This document shows positions 24,558 to 38,745 of a stretch of DNA of 64,000 bases, one piece after another. The translations under genes and the position numbers were made by a program. Position 1 is the first letter of the stretch, and the number at the start of each line of letters is the position of its first letter. The notes under the pieces were generated by a model, which worked only from the letters and a program-made list of their open reading frames with translations, did not search any database and had not been told where the DNA came from. Origin of the DNA: Octopus sinensis (taxonomy: Eukaryota); the NCBI RefSeq assembly GCF_006345805.1, contig NC_043003.1, positions 43,834,001 to 43,898,000 on the forward strand, written 5' to 3'.

Positions 24558-24958
24558 AGGTAAGAAGCTTGCTTCACAACGACATTGTTTTAGATTCAAT
24601 CCCATTGCATGGCAAGTTGGACATTGGTCTTGTACTATAGCCACGGGCTATCGAAAGACTTCTGAGTGGATGTGGTGGAGGAAACTCAAAGGAGCTACCC
24701 GTATGTATGTATATGTACACATACATACACAAACACACACGCACGCACACACGCACACACACACACACACACACAAACATATATATATATATGTATATAT
24801 ATATACAAAGACACACACACATATAACCGGTTTTGGTTTGCATACGTCACCGTTACGTAGTGATTCGGCAAAAAAAAGTACCAGATTCGTTTGAGTCAAG
24901 TTCTGCAAGACGGTCCCAAAGCATCGCTACACTCTAATGACTGAACCAAGTAAAAAAT
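24558..24958 (+). mobile_element. Family A SINE, diverged
   Basis: GGTAAGAAGCTTGCTT head, GAAACTCAAAGGAGCTACCCGT core, internal CA/TA tract, AATGACTGAACCAAGTAAAA tail. Confidence 0.8.
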
Positions 24959-24998
24959 AATAACAATAATAATACTAATACTACTACTAAAATTAAAT

Positions 24999-25548
24999 GT
25001 TCTGATGCAGTACAAGGCAGTGGCTGTCCTGGTTTCTCATCTTAACTGATTCGAGGAGTTACCAGGTACATGGTTTTATCTTGGAATGAAACATTCGCTA
25101 AAACAAATATTCTGCTCAATACCACACATTTGCTTGTCGGTTGTTTGAACGTAACCAGTTGAGCATGTCACTTAGTATTTGACGATATATGTAACTATGA
25201 TCACGAGCAGAAGTAGTGGGGAGCGTAACTGCCATGTGTTGAGAGGAATTCAGTGGAGTTCGGATAATTCACCTCTAGAAACATGGGTCTTTCTTTCAAC
25301 ACGCTTAAATAACTCTTATTCGGGACGTTTTGAGCGGGATGGGCTACTAGACCTGACGAAAATTCTAGCTGGGCCTACCTGTAAGGCCATGTAGTGTTAA
25401 CTTTCTTATGAGATCACCATATCATGCACATATGGTTGTGATTCATATGCCTGGTGTACCATTATCAGACGGGTATTAATGATGAGTATACTGGAATTCG
25501 CATATTTTACCCCAGTGTTACTTTGATGGTACGCACTGATCTCTCACT
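24999..25548 (+). mobile_element. ~550-bp non-coding interspersed element flanked by AAT repeats (putative non-autonomous retroposon)
   Basis: No credible ORF. AAT/ACT repeats lie immediately 5' and a long (AAT)n immediately 3' (CTCTCACTAAATAATAATAA). Repeat status is from memory of octopus sequence, not from a second copy here. Confidence 0.55.
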
Positions 25549-25549
25549 A

Positions 25550-25619
<70 letters not shown>

Positions 25620-25650
25620 CAATAATAATAATAATAATAACAATAATAAT
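25549..25650. repeat. (AAT)n array
   Basis: Direct reading; second array at 26144-26191. Confidence 0.96.
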
Positions 25651-26143
25651 AGAACATGCCTCCTCATTGATATGACTGTCCCAATCGATATAAACGTATC
25701 TGTCAAGACCTACCAAAAACTGGGCAAATATAAAGATCTTGAAATAGAAATCAGCAAAATGTGGAAGATGAAGACTAAAACAATACCTGTTGTCATAGGT
25801 GCCCTGGGAATGATAGCGAACGGGACTGATTGCTACCTAACTCAGATACCAGGAAACCCCAAAATGGCAGAAATTCAAAACATAGTGCTCATGGGAACTG
25901 CTCATATCCTACGCATAATACTCTCTATGTAATCCCAAGGTTTAAAACAAACTATTTAAAAAAAAAATTTTTTTAATTTTTAATTTTTTAAAAATTTTAT
26001 TTTTATGTATTAGACATTCACTAGTACACCAAACACCCCCCCCCCAAAAAAAAACCCCCAAATATATGTCACAGAACTTCCAACCTGTTGTCTCTTGAGG
26101 TCTCTGGGTGAGACTTGGAGCCTAAAGCAAAAGTCAAACAAAG
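25651..26143 (+). mobile_element. R4/Dong-like 5'-truncated copy (REL endonuclease C-terminus plus 3' UTR)
   Basis: TCLLIDMTVPIDINVSVKTYQKLGKYKDLEIEISKMWKMKTKTIPVVIGALG...VLMGTAHILRIILSM*; bounded by (AAT)n on both sides. Confidence 0.88.
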
Positions 26144-26191
26144 AATAATAATAATAATAATAATATTAATAACAACAACAATAATAATAAT

Positions 26192-27894
26192 AGCAACACG
26201 AACCATGAACAAAGTAGCACCAATACTTATACAACATATAAAACATTACGTGAATAAATTGGAGACAGTGCTACAGCCCGAGACAAAAGAGGAACTCATA
26301 AAAACCAAAGCCATCCCCACTACGAGAGGAATATTCCAGGGAGACGCGTTCTCTTCACCCCTTTTCGGCTTGGCACTGATACCTGTATCTAACATGCTAA
26401 ACAGAACTGGATGTGGATACAACTGTTACCGTAAAACGATCAATCATAGTTTGTATAAGGACTATGTAAAACTGTATGCTAAAAATAATAAACGGCCGGA
26501 AGTATCACTACAAGCAGTACATGGAATTACCAAAGAAATAAACATATTTGGCTTAGAAAAATGTGCCAAAGCAACTTTGAAAAGAAGAAAACTAGGTAAG
26601 AGTAACAGTATCACACTAGATAAAGCAAATGGGAAAAGAGATTGAGACCATATACAATGCTAAAAGTAAGACTATAGGTATCAACACTCTACCGGTCCCA
26701 GCTACAATTACAGCTACAATTTTCTGAACTGGACTTTAAATGAACTAATCATTATAGACAAGAAAACACGAAAAATAAGGACAAGATTTAGGATACAACA
26801 CCCCAAATAATCAGTTTATATATAAAACGTAGCGAAGGTGGTAGAGAACTTATAAAACTAGAAACCCATTACAAAATGAACACCATAGGACTATGGAAAT
26901 ACCTAATTCTGAAGCAAGGGAAACTAATATAAATAACCACAAGACACGAAATACTGTTTCCTGTCTTTGCTTGATATACACAAAAAAGGCGCCAGTGTGC
27001 CTATTAACTATGAAGAAAAAAGAGAAGGAGCAATGAAAAACAACTGAAATCCAATCTAAATCTGGAATAGCAACGTATTATGATAAATCAATGGCAAGAA
27101 AAGCTCTTTCATGGCAAATATTCGGTTAAGCTAAACAGAAAAAATAGACAAAGCAAAATTTCAACAAATACTGAGAAGCTCAGGGCTCAAAGCAGAGACT
27201 GAAGAATCCAAGCCTTTCCATCAGAAATCACCACATACACGTAATGAAAAGAAATACAAAAACTGCAGAATATTTGGTGATGGAGAAGAAACGACAAATC
27301 ATATCTCTGACTGCCCAGTCCTGGCTAAGAAGGAATTCATTCAAAAACACAGCAGAGCTGGAACCTGTATTCACTAGAAGCTATGACGAGATTATGGAAT
27401 AACAACAGAAAAATGATGGTATAAGCATACGCCAGAAAAGGTCACAGACAATGAGAATGTCACCATACTCTGGGATATGCCAAGACACACACATAGAAAA
27501 ATTAATGTCAAAAAGCCGGATATAGTTGTTGGAGATGACAAAAAATAAAATGCTTTCTAAGTGATGTAACATTTCTCTAAAAGAAACGCGAAACTTTCAA
27601 AATACAAAGATCTGGAAATAGAGGTAACGCGAAGTCTAAAAACAGAAATAATTCCTATTACAGTAGGTGCATTAGGTACGATAAAAACAAAAAAAAAAAC
27701 ATTCAGTATAAACATAGCAAAATCACCAGAAGTTACAAGTATATATAACATACAGAACATAGCACTGCTAGGCACCACACAAATGCAACGTAAAACATTT
27801 TGAATATAGTGAAAATAAGAGCACCACAACAAACCACAGCACATACACAAGGTAGACATAATTGTGGTCGGTAGTGATAAAAATAAGTCTAGTG
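26192..27894 (+). mobile_element. R4/Dong-like LINE fragment (RT, CCHC knuckle, REL endonuclease), degraded
   Basis: RGIFQGDAFSSPLFGLALIP, a decayed LYMDD region, FGLEKCAK, CRIFGDGEETTNHISDCPVLAKKEFI, KPDIVV, KYKDLEIEV and IPITVGALG. Starts right after (AAT)n and ends in AATAATGATAATAATAATA. Confidence 0.88.
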
Positions 27895-28659
27895 AATAAT
27901 GATAATAATAATATTAAGAATTTGTGTGTTTGTGTGTGTTTGAATGCGTGTATATGTGTGCGTGCGTGAGTGTGTGTGTGTGCAGGTATGTGTGTATCTT
28001 TGTCTTTTCGTATTCTTTTAATGGCATATTTTCTCCGTTTTCGTGTACAAAATTCATCTATTTTTGTTAGTGACAATGTAGAAATGTAATGCTTTGAAAG
28101 GGACCTTATAAAATGTTTCTATAAGTAGCATCATAAGACCACATTAATGGATTTTCAGGAATCAGTCGCATTTTCTTCTATTTACCACAGTAGGAAAAAG
28201 GAAGGGAAATGAACACGACTGACATAAAAAGCAAGGAATAGCTGTGAGACAGAATAAATTTTATAGAGAATATCAGAGTTGAAGGCAGAGAAAGGAAAAA
28301 GTGGACAATGTGCGTAAGGAAGTCAAGAGATATGGACAACAAAAAGGAGGTAAAATGTATTGGCGGTAATTAAATAAATGACTAAGTAGATTTGAGTGAG
28401 GCGTAAAACCAGAAGCAAGAGCAGTAGTAATAGACATTCGAAGAAACAGTTACACGTGGGCATACTTACTCCCTCACTCATTCACTTACATGCGCAGGCA
28501 CGCTCACACACTCACGAACACACGTGTAAACATACACGTTCACATGCACATAAACACATATGCACTCAGATTGATGTATGAATATATGTATGTATGTATG
28601 TGAATCTCACACAGATGCATATATTTACATATATCCATCTATCCATCTAGAGATCCATG

Positions 28660-29218
<559 letters not shown>

Positions 29219-29270
29219 CACTGTCTTATCTCACTTTGTCTTTGCATATATCAGTTTGTCTTTGCATATA

Positions 29271-29684
29271 TATAAAGGTTGGACAAAATAAGGGAAAAAA
29301 CCTTAACATTTCAAACAAATGTATTTCAATATGGGGTAGGACGGCCTTTCGCAGTAATTACAGTTTTAATTCTAGGTGTTATGGAGTCGTAAAAAGTTTG
29401 AATTGTTTCCAAATGAATTTTTGTCCATTCTTCAGCTAAAGCAGTCTCCGGTTCTTGTAACTATGATGGTGGAGGATATCGGTTCTACTTGTTTTTCTAA
29501 AATGCTCCATAAATGTTCAATAATATTGAGATCTGGGGACTGTGGTGGCCAGATAAGATGTTCAAATTCACTAGAATGTTCCTCGCACCATTCAGTAACA
29601 ACTTTAGCTGTGTAATTGGTGCATTATCATCCTAAAGAATTGCATTTCCCACAGGAAACAGTTCCGCAAACACAGGATGAATTG
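29271..29684 (-). mobile_element. Tc1 (DD34E) transposase 3' half with one TIR
   Basis: Minus strand gives, with frameshifts, DDNAPI...EHSSEFEHLIWPPQSPDLNIIEHLWSILEK...RYPPPS..QE.ETALAEEWTKI.LETIQTFYDS....KGRPTPY; terminal TATAAAGGTTGGACAAAATAAGGGAAA. Confidence 0.9.
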
Positions 29685-29729
29685 TAGCTACCGATCTGTC
29701 ATGGCGACTGATACATCGGTAGCAACTAC

Positions 29730-29870
29730 ACACGTTTTTTTCTCTCCTTGTTTTCTTCTGTCCCTTTCTGTAGAAGAGCGTAGGCTCGAAACGTAAAATA
29801 CTTTTTTTTCAATTCCTGAGCGTTATATTAATACATCTGTCTTCGTATTTTGTTTTTTTCATGAACTCTC
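29730..29870 (+). mobile_element. Second hammerhead-like cassette, related to 7585-7789
   Basis: Pyrimidine-rich lead-in, CTGTAGAAGAGCGTAGGCTCGAAACGTAAAA, then TTCCTGAGCGTT. Confidence 0.55.
29765..29798 (+). ncRNA. Minimal type I hammerhead-like motif with variant core (CUGUAGA)
   Basis: TTT-CTGTAGA-A-GAGC(gtag)GCTC-GAAA-CG-TA-AAA: 3-bp stem I, 4-bp stem II, palindromic ACGU stem III, GUA triplet; A6 replaced by U. Confidence 0.5.
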
Positions 29871-30034
29871 CCCATACACCACACGCTTACGTGGTCACAT
29901 CAATTGATCCTGTCATTTCTTATCACACACAAATTTCTCCACTGGACTTTCTACCTATCTACCCTTTTCGGATTCTCTTTAGATATTTACCCTCCGGCTG
30001 CACCTCTCCTACTTACGGATCCCTGTGTACTCTA

Positions 30035-30186
<152 letters not shown>

Positions 30187-31094
30187 TTTTTATGTATATA
30201 TGTATTCGTTTAGTATTGACTATCGGAAGAAAGATTACACAATATCGTACTAGAAATTATTATTTTTTATTTACTTATTCATTTATTTATTTAGCATTTG
30301 CCGAATCAATCTCTTTCCATTAAAAGTTTTGCTTGTGTGATCAAAGGGCCATCAGGCAAGATGAAGTGGTGTAGGCGCATATTCTATCTGTTTGAGTTTA
30401 ACCGTTTCAAATTTCTCATTCCATGAAATGTGACTCATTTGTTGAAATCATTCACTCGAAAAACCGCGATGGAGAAATGGAAACTAGACTAAAGCACTAG
30501 GGTGGATGTAATTGACTATATCCCTTTAATATCAGTTTCTGAAACCAAAATGAATACAAAATGAATAAACACGTATACACACACATATACAAATAACCAC
30601 GCATAGAAATGCACCCATAAACATAATTATACAAATATTACACAGAGTGCTCAAATGGATACATACACATATATAGATGTAATTATGCATGAACATCTCA
30701 CCATTTTTGCCAGCACTACCATTGTCTGTCTGTCTGTTCGTCGGTCTCTTGCTTTCTCTCTCTTTCTTCCACTCCACATATACCTACATAACGTATATAT
30801 TTTGCATAATATATACATTATACATGAATTCACGCACATGCACAAACATAATACATATATATATATATATATAACTTACTTGAAAATGGATGCGCTCATT
30901 TAAATAATAATAGACTGATAGATAGCTAAATAGATAGATAGATACAGAGATAGACACACACACACGCACATATAGATGTGTGTGTGTATATCTATGCATG
31001 CCAAAAATACTAATGTTTGATTTGTAAATGATATTAATATTGAAATATTTAACTTAATTACACCCATTCCTGTTATATCTAAATCGAGCTTATG

Positions 31095-31400
31095 TTGTTC
31101 TTGTATGTTCCTTCTCGGGCCATGCTTAACTCATGGAGGCCGGTTTTCTGGTTTAACAAGCGTATAGGTTCCCCATCAAGACGGGATGCCGGTCCGTCGC
31201 AGGTGAGCTACATGCAAGAGGAGAGAGTGAGAGAAATTTGTGGCGAATGAGTCAGCAGAAGTTCGTGAATATCTTCTGCCGGAACCGCGTGAAGCTTAGG
31301 TTTCTCGCTCATAAAGAGACACATCGTCCTGTGAGATATTTGAACTCACGATACCTCGACCGCGAGTCCGCTGTTCAAGTCACTAGGACATGCGCCTCCA
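31095..31400 (-). mobile_element. Family C SINE
   Basis: Reverse-complement homologue of 4867-5165 (TGGAGGCGCATGTCCTAGTG...GCGGACTCGCGGTCGAGG...GCGACGGACCGGCATCCCGTC). Confidence 0.85.
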
Positions 31401-31514
31401 TATAATGTAATATATTCTTCATAAAATATTTTTTACATACGTCCCGCACACACACATCTATACAGACACTCATTCGCTCTATATTTAGTTATCCATATAT
31501 TTTCGAACACGAAA

Positions 31515-31706
31515 GACAGTCATTTCACAGCTGTCATGCTGGATGGCCACCTTGAAGCATTTTCGTCGAACAAATCGATCCTTATTTCTTAAGCCAAGTA
31601 CTTATACTATTGATGGCTTACCCGAACCGCTAGTTTACAGATGTGTAAACACACCAACACCGGCTTTCAAGTAGTGATGGGTGTACAAATACACGCACAA
31701 AGACTC

Positions 31707-31804
<98 letters not shown>

Positions 31805-31915
31805 TGCGGGCTTCTTTCAGTTTCCATCCACCTAATCCACTCAGAAGTCTTTGGTCGACTGACACCAGGCTATAGTAGAATGCACTTGCATGATGTGCTA
31901 TTCTGTTGACGGAAC
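31515..31915 (-). mobile_element. Family A SINE, diverged, expanded internal microsatellite
   Basis: GCGGGCTTCTTTCAGTTTCC core, CCGAACCGCTA and GTCGAACAAATCGA motifs. Confidence 0.8.
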
Positions 31916-32629
31916 TAGTAAACATACATTTACACACACACACATACAAGCACATACACACAGAAAAACAAACAAACATACACACACACATGTGGTGAGA
32001 AAGAGATAAAGATACAAGAATACTTGCATGTAAGCTCATGTTAAACGTAGGCAGGTATCTTCAATTAGTAAGCAGGTGGAACGATTGCACTTTTGCGCAT
32101 AAAGGCCATAACACGGTACAGTACTTGTTGCTCTTTCGTGCGAAAAATCTATTTTTTCTTTCTATGCGTGCAGGCCTAATGAAACTTATAACGAGCCGAG
32201 TGTAATTTTACTTCGTACGGCAGAGAATGCATGGTTGTAACCTATACAGCCATACTGAACTAATTTTTATTAGATACAGTTATGTAAATTCTGAAAACAT
32301 TAACAAGGACGCATACACTCGCGAGCGCACTACTAGAAATAATGTTAGTTTCTCACATTAGTACAATGCTATGTTTATGCGATATCCACCCGACACGTAA
32401 ATGTCATTGAATAAATGTCTGTAGAAACTGATATGTAATTCTGAATGATATTCTTTTCTTCTTTTTCTTTTTTTTTTTTTGGCTACTTTCTGTTACCTAT
32501 AATGCTGTTTAACACGTTCTCTGAAAAGTCATTTTTAATTTTTCACCCGATTTGTGAATCAACTCGCTTGCTAGAAATGTTCCTAAATGGCTAAGTTTTC
32601 GCTAAAAACCTGGAAGCTATATTCTGTAT

Positions 32630-33040
32630 CCAAACGTAACGGCTTTCCTCGCTGGTAAGAAGTTTTCCTTTCAGTCCCATGGTTCCAGATTCAGTCACAC
32701 TCCGTGGCATCTTCTACTATATCCATGGGTCAACTAATGCCTGGTGAGTGGATTTGGGAGACGGAATCTGAATAATGTCCTTCATATAGGTGTGTGTGTA
32801 TGAGTGTGGTGTGTGTGCGTGTGGTGTTTGTCTTGCTGTCTTTGTTTGTTCCACACTACCCCTAGAAAAACTGTGTCGGCGTGTTTATATTCCTGTGACC
32901 TTGTGTTTCCTAAACAGGTACTGGTAAAATATCACCAGGCTTCTATATAGTACAAGGGGCGACTCGTTTGTCTGAAATTCTTGAAGGCGGTGCACAGGCA
33001 TGGCCGCAGTCTAACGGCTGAAACAATTACACGATAAAAG
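32630..33040 (+). mobile_element. Family A SINE
   Basis: GGTAAGAAG head, GTGAGTGGATTTGG core, GAAGGCGGTGCACAGGCATGGCCGCAGTCTAACGGCTGAAAC tail. Confidence 0.8.
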
Positions 33041-34157
33041 ATATATACGCACACACACACACAGACAAACACAGACACACACACAAATACAATGGTAAAT
33101 GCGAAGAGAAAGACCGAGCGGAAGGGAGATAAGTGTCCGTATGTGTATTGTGTATGTATATGTGTGTACATGTCTGTCTGTACTGTTCTGGATCTGATAA
33201 CAACAACCAATATATTTGCAGCCATAGATCTTTGTTAGTTATGTTGCTAATTCTCGGAGGAGATTGTAGCGATTTGATTCCTTGAAATTTTATTTAGACA
33301 CAAATATGATTCTTTGCACCTGTATAAATATGTTATATTTTCAGTTACATCAGTTCTGAAGATTTTTTATTTTTTTCACGCGCTGAAAAAGAAAAAAAGA
33401 GAAAGTGGCTAGAAAGAAAAAATAAAGAAAAATGAAAAAAAAGACGTAAATCTAAAATTATAATAGAACATCAATCAATTCAATATTGCAAACGTTGCAA
33501 GTACAGCCTCCGATGCTGTGATAGCGGACGAGGGATGTGAGTAACGCCCATCCTACTGGGACATTACAATGATGAAAGCATTCACAGAAAAAAAAAATAT
33601 ATATATTTTAATAAATGTAATATTGACTTCAATCGTGGATTGCTAACATCAGCTGAAGTAATATGAAACTAAAAATTCCATTCATTAAATCTTTAAATAT
33701 CAAAAAACAAAAATAAAAACAAAAAATTACCATACGCAAAACTTCTGTGAACGGTTAGTTGAGCTGTCTGAGACACAGGACAATATGAAAACGAGGGCTA
33801 CACTTGGGATTTACGCTGACGTAAGACTTATTTGAAGATGAAAAGATATTGAAGAAAGATTTATGGCGTCGTAGTAATTCCGGATCTAAAGAACGGAGAA
33901 TATATTTTCTCTTTCCTCCACAGAGTTTCTATCGTTGAGTGACATTCTCAGTCTCTATGACTCTGTTTCACTCTTTCCCACTTTACTCATGTATACATAG
34001 TTACATAAACGCACGCATGCACACACACCCACACATACTCACACACAATCATATGTTTATATATATGTAAATGTATGGATGTATATATGTATATTTATAT
34101 ACATACATATAAACACACATATATATATATATATATGAATACATATATATCCATATG

Positions 34158-34202
<45 letters not shown>

Positions 34203-34429
34203 ACACACACACATAGGTATACATACACATAATCTTTTATGCATATATAAAGATATGCACACACATATTTCTGTGTAGATGTGTAAGTATATCTGTAAAC
34301 GTGTATGCCCTTATACACGTAAACAATTGTATATAAGAATAATTTTCATTATGTTCATTTAATCTATGTTTAATCGAATAAATTTAAACTCCGAAAAGGT
34401 TTAAAGCACTACAAACACTTACACAATAA

Positions 34430-34640
34430 GGCCTCCACGACGGTTGAGTTACGATTTCAGGAGGGCGATTGGGATCACGTGGAGTGGACAGCGTGTGGTG
34501 ACCAGAGGTGTCAAATGGACGGCCGACGGACTTGTCAGTAAAGGTGATATATATATATATAGGTCCCGGGTTGAGTCGGGGTTAACCACAGTAAATAAGG
34601 TACTCAATACATAGCAGAGTAAAGTAATTTATTTTATAGG
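34430..34640. repeat. GC-richer interspersed repeat fragment of unclear class
   Basis: CpG-rich segment GGACGGCCGACGGAC...GGTCCCGGGTTGAGTCGGGGTTAACC with a TA expansion inside; possibly LTR-derived, but no TG...CA ends or PBS could be assigned. Confidence 0.3.
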
Positions 34641-34658
34641 TTATAGGATATAAAATAA

Positions 34659-34694
<36 letters not shown>

Positions 34695-35194
34695 ATGTAT
34701 GTATTGTATTGATATATCTATATATAAATTCATCTTTAAATACGTAAACACTAGGACAGTCGTGCGCGTACATATGACTCCTTCACACACACATAAACAG
34801 ACACGTACATAAGCACCTATAGACCAATCCCTTAAACTGTTTATATATAATGTAACGATTTTCATTGGGTTTTTGTGTTAAAGTAGAAGATTCCAAGTGG
34901 AGTTGTATGAATGAAATTAGCAGCGGCATTACTGGCTTTGGCCCTAAAATCATAATTAATCTACGTGTTTGAAAAACAGATAATAATTTTTTTTAAATCG
35001 TTCGGTATGCTCCTGAATACTCTTAACTTGGATAATAAGCTATATAATTCAACCTAGTATCAGAGCTTAACCACCTTTCTTATTTCTAAAGTACGCATTC
35101 CCGCAATTCTCTCTTTAATATGGCATTTTTTATTTATGTAAAGGGCTTTCGCCTTGTTTCATATGTTTCCACGATCCCTTTATGACTATAAGTA

Positions 35195-35585
35195 TACTTT
35201 TACTCATTTATTTGTTTCAGTCATTTGACTGTGGTCATGCTGGAGCAACGCCTTTAGTCGAGCAAATCAACCCCACGACTTATTCTTTGTAAGCCTAGTA
35301 CCTATTCTATCGGTGTCTTTTGCCGAACCACTAGGTTACATGGTCGTAAACACACCAGCATCGGTTGTCAAGCGATGTAGGGGGGACAAACACAGACACA
35401 TAAACATATACACATACATATATTTATACATATACACGACGGGCTTCTTTTTAGTATCCCTCTAACAAATCCACTCACAAAGCTTAGTAGAAGACACTTG
35501 CCCAAGGTACAACGCAGTGGGACTGGACCCGGAACCATGTGGTTCGTAAGAAAGCTATTTACCACACAGCCACGCCTACGCCTCC
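35195..35585 (-). mobile_element. Family A SINE with short internal deletion
   Basis: Colinear with 9320-9723 but lacks the GCTTTGGTCGGCCCGA segment. Confidence 0.88.
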
Positions 35586-36270
35586 TAACACATTTCATCT
35601 TCCATACTTTTGCTGCATAAAACATGCAATTTTTCCAATGTTACATGAAACTGACTGACATACACCCACACACGCAGACACACAAACAAATAGACACACA
35701 CACACACTAATGCAAACACATCTACACACATATTCATGAATATACATACATAGGTACATACATATATACTTCTGTGTGTATATATGAATGTATTTATGTA
35801 TGCACGTGTCTGTGTATACAGAAGTTGCGAATTCCTAAATTTGTGATTGATAGTGTATGTAATTTTGTTTACTACTATGGTGTATGTACTTTTGTTTACT
35901 ATGTGTATAATTTTGTGTATAAATATCAAAGCGGGACACTCATATTCACTTATGCTTATGGAAGCAATTATGACTTTACTTTGCTAATATAAGATGTCTT
36001 CACGTTGATCACTTTCAGTATTTTCTCAGGTAACCCTTCCCTGTAAATTTAGGTGGATGAACACTATAGAGAAGTAATTAGACGCTATCTATAATTCAAA
36101 TGTAATCTCTTGTTACACATCTAAAATGCTAATTCTCCGTTTAGTGTTTACTGCGCACGTGACTGTAGGATACTTAAACGTTTCGCAATGCTTATTCATT
36201 GAGCTGATAAAAAAACGGTGGAGACTCACACACATATACACACATGCGCTCGCACACAAAAACACACACA

Positions 36271-36312
<42 letters not shown>

Positions 36313-38538
36313 GTATATAGTCCTGCCACATTTCTAACAATAATGGCTGTTCAAGATTACTGGAACGTATGCTATCATTAATATCAAATGCTTGACAGAG
36401 TGTGTGACATGACCTAAAATAACGAAGCTTAAAGTTAACATGGAAGTTATTTTTTTAGACGTATTTGAGTGAATACATTTAAATTTAATCCTCTAACCAT
36501 ATCCTATTATTTATGCTACAGTTTGCTTCTGATTGGATCTGATGTAATAAATTCATAGTCATTCCTGAAGTTTAATTCCTCTTTTTTGAGACTTTTTATA
36601 ATATCTAAATGTATACAAATATTTCAGGTTAGTATGTGATTTCCTTCAGTTATGGTTGCTGATGTTTGTAGATGCATTGGTGTTTCCTTTGTCTATATAC
36701 AAAGTGAGTTATTTTGTGATTTTGTATTCTGAAATAATTTTGTTATTAAACCCTAGATCATTCATAGAGTAAGATTGAGGTAATTTCTTACGGGATATCT
36801 GACAGGACCACTTGCAGCAGAGATCCATCTAAGACCATATGTTTGTGAAATGATTATGCCTGGTGACGAAAACGCAAAAAAAGCAATTAGCAGTGTCAAA
36901 CAGAATTTCTCAAATCACTAAATGACTATGGCTCTAATTTTCTTTTTACTTTGTCTGTTCATCTCCTTGAAATTTAGAGCCCTCTTTTTTTAACATGGTT
37001 CCGTTAGCAACTACTGTAGTTAACACGTAATGAATATTTGAAATATTGACCAATTTTTTAATGAATATTCGATGAACAGGATTTCAACAAATCTTCGATT
37101 ACGGAACCATTAGCTGGGAAAACAAGAAATATTTTACGATGCATAATGTGTTTCAATTATCGACAGACTAGAATAACGTGCATATAATGGAACAATGGTA
37201 TGCTGCTGGAGCATAATTATTATCATACGAAAAGACGTAGAATGGATATGATACAGAAAGAAGTATATAAGTATTTTTTAAAGTTTGTTATGGAAAAATA
37301 AAATGAATAAAATAATCCTTTATGTTAAAATGAGATCATCAGTTTACTGGTTCAATATGATTTGCATGATAACTATTCTAGGTTTCCCTTGAAATTAAGC
37401 GATTCTGAAATATCAGCTAAAAATTATGAATTTAAAGGAAAATATATTCTCAAGAGCGCTAACTATTATATTAGACACCCAAAATATGATGTTTTAATAT
37501 ATAAACTGTGCATTGCAGAGTACGTCATTAATTATCGCCTGCAGGATCAATTTTGGTGATTTCAGTTTATAACTGGAACACTGAATAAGTGAAAGGCTCT
37601 TTGTATACAGCTATTGCTATCGACCTGACGAAAATAGCTCTATGCAGCGGAAAGAATTATTCCATATTACAACCAAACATCTTGTAAATCTCACGTTACA
37701 GTATATGAAGATTATAACTCTATTTCTTGTCTATATTTATGTCTATCAAGCAATTTATCTATCAGTATCACAAACACACACAAACACATACACATAAACA
37801 CACACGCACACACATTTATATTTGCATAAAGATATAGTTTGGGGGAGACAGATATGTATCATTGTATGGGTATGTGTGCGCGTATATATACACATCTATA
37901 CATACATATTTATAAACTAATACATCTGTTTGTTGTTTATACACTTTGAGGAAGACAATAGCTTGGAAAGTATTTAATCTGGATTCTAGGTCCACAATAA
38001 AGAATACCATAATTTTAAGTACCAGTACCTCAATAGTCAACGTGCCTTCTCTTCAAGTAACCGTTTTGTGTCACGAATTAATCTCGTGTTTCGTGTTCTA
38101 CTTCTCAATGACAACGCGTTCATAAACGGGAAACTGCTTTCTCCAATTCTATCTCTATAACCCTTATTTTCAATAGCAACTTAACAGCTTAACATCCATA
38201 CGCGTATAAGCTGAAAGGTGTAGGCACTTAATCAGACAGAAATGTGATATTAAATGGGGACTGTGGCGAAATTATAATTAAAATAAGACTTTTTAAATGT
38301 TGGTATTCTTCTGTACATTATAAACGTATTAGTGTATACGTACTTTGATACAAATCTTAAATTAAAAGTATTTTGAATAAGTCATATAACGCCAGTTGTT
38401 ACCGACACGCTGTAATAGATCCCCCAAGATAATTGTCAGTTAATGCGAAGGGTTACAGTTAGAAATATATGAAAACTATATACGTGTTGAAAAGTTATAT
38501 CAGTCTTAGAATCTATTTCTAAAAGTATGTGTTTGAAA

Positions 38539-38539
<1 letters not shown>

Positions 38540-38617
<78 letters not shown>

Positions 38618-38745
38618 ATATGTATGTATGTATATGTATATATACACATAATATATATATACATACATACATATATACATACATACATACATACATATAT
38701 TTACATATATATATATTATATAATATATATATATATATATATATT
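38540..38745. repeat. (TA)n/(TACA)n compound microsatellite
   Basis: Direct reading. Confidence 0.95.

Noticed and set aside
33500-33562. HDV-like ribozyme resemblance (CAG-CCTCCGATG-CTG P3/L3-like hairpin)
   Set aside because: No P1 partner, only 4 bp of possible P2, and no J4/2 with catalytic C.
33569-33656. C/D-box snoRNA (ATGATGA ... CTGA)
   Set aside because: Interior is poly-A/TA low complexity with no terminal stem or guide-like sequence.
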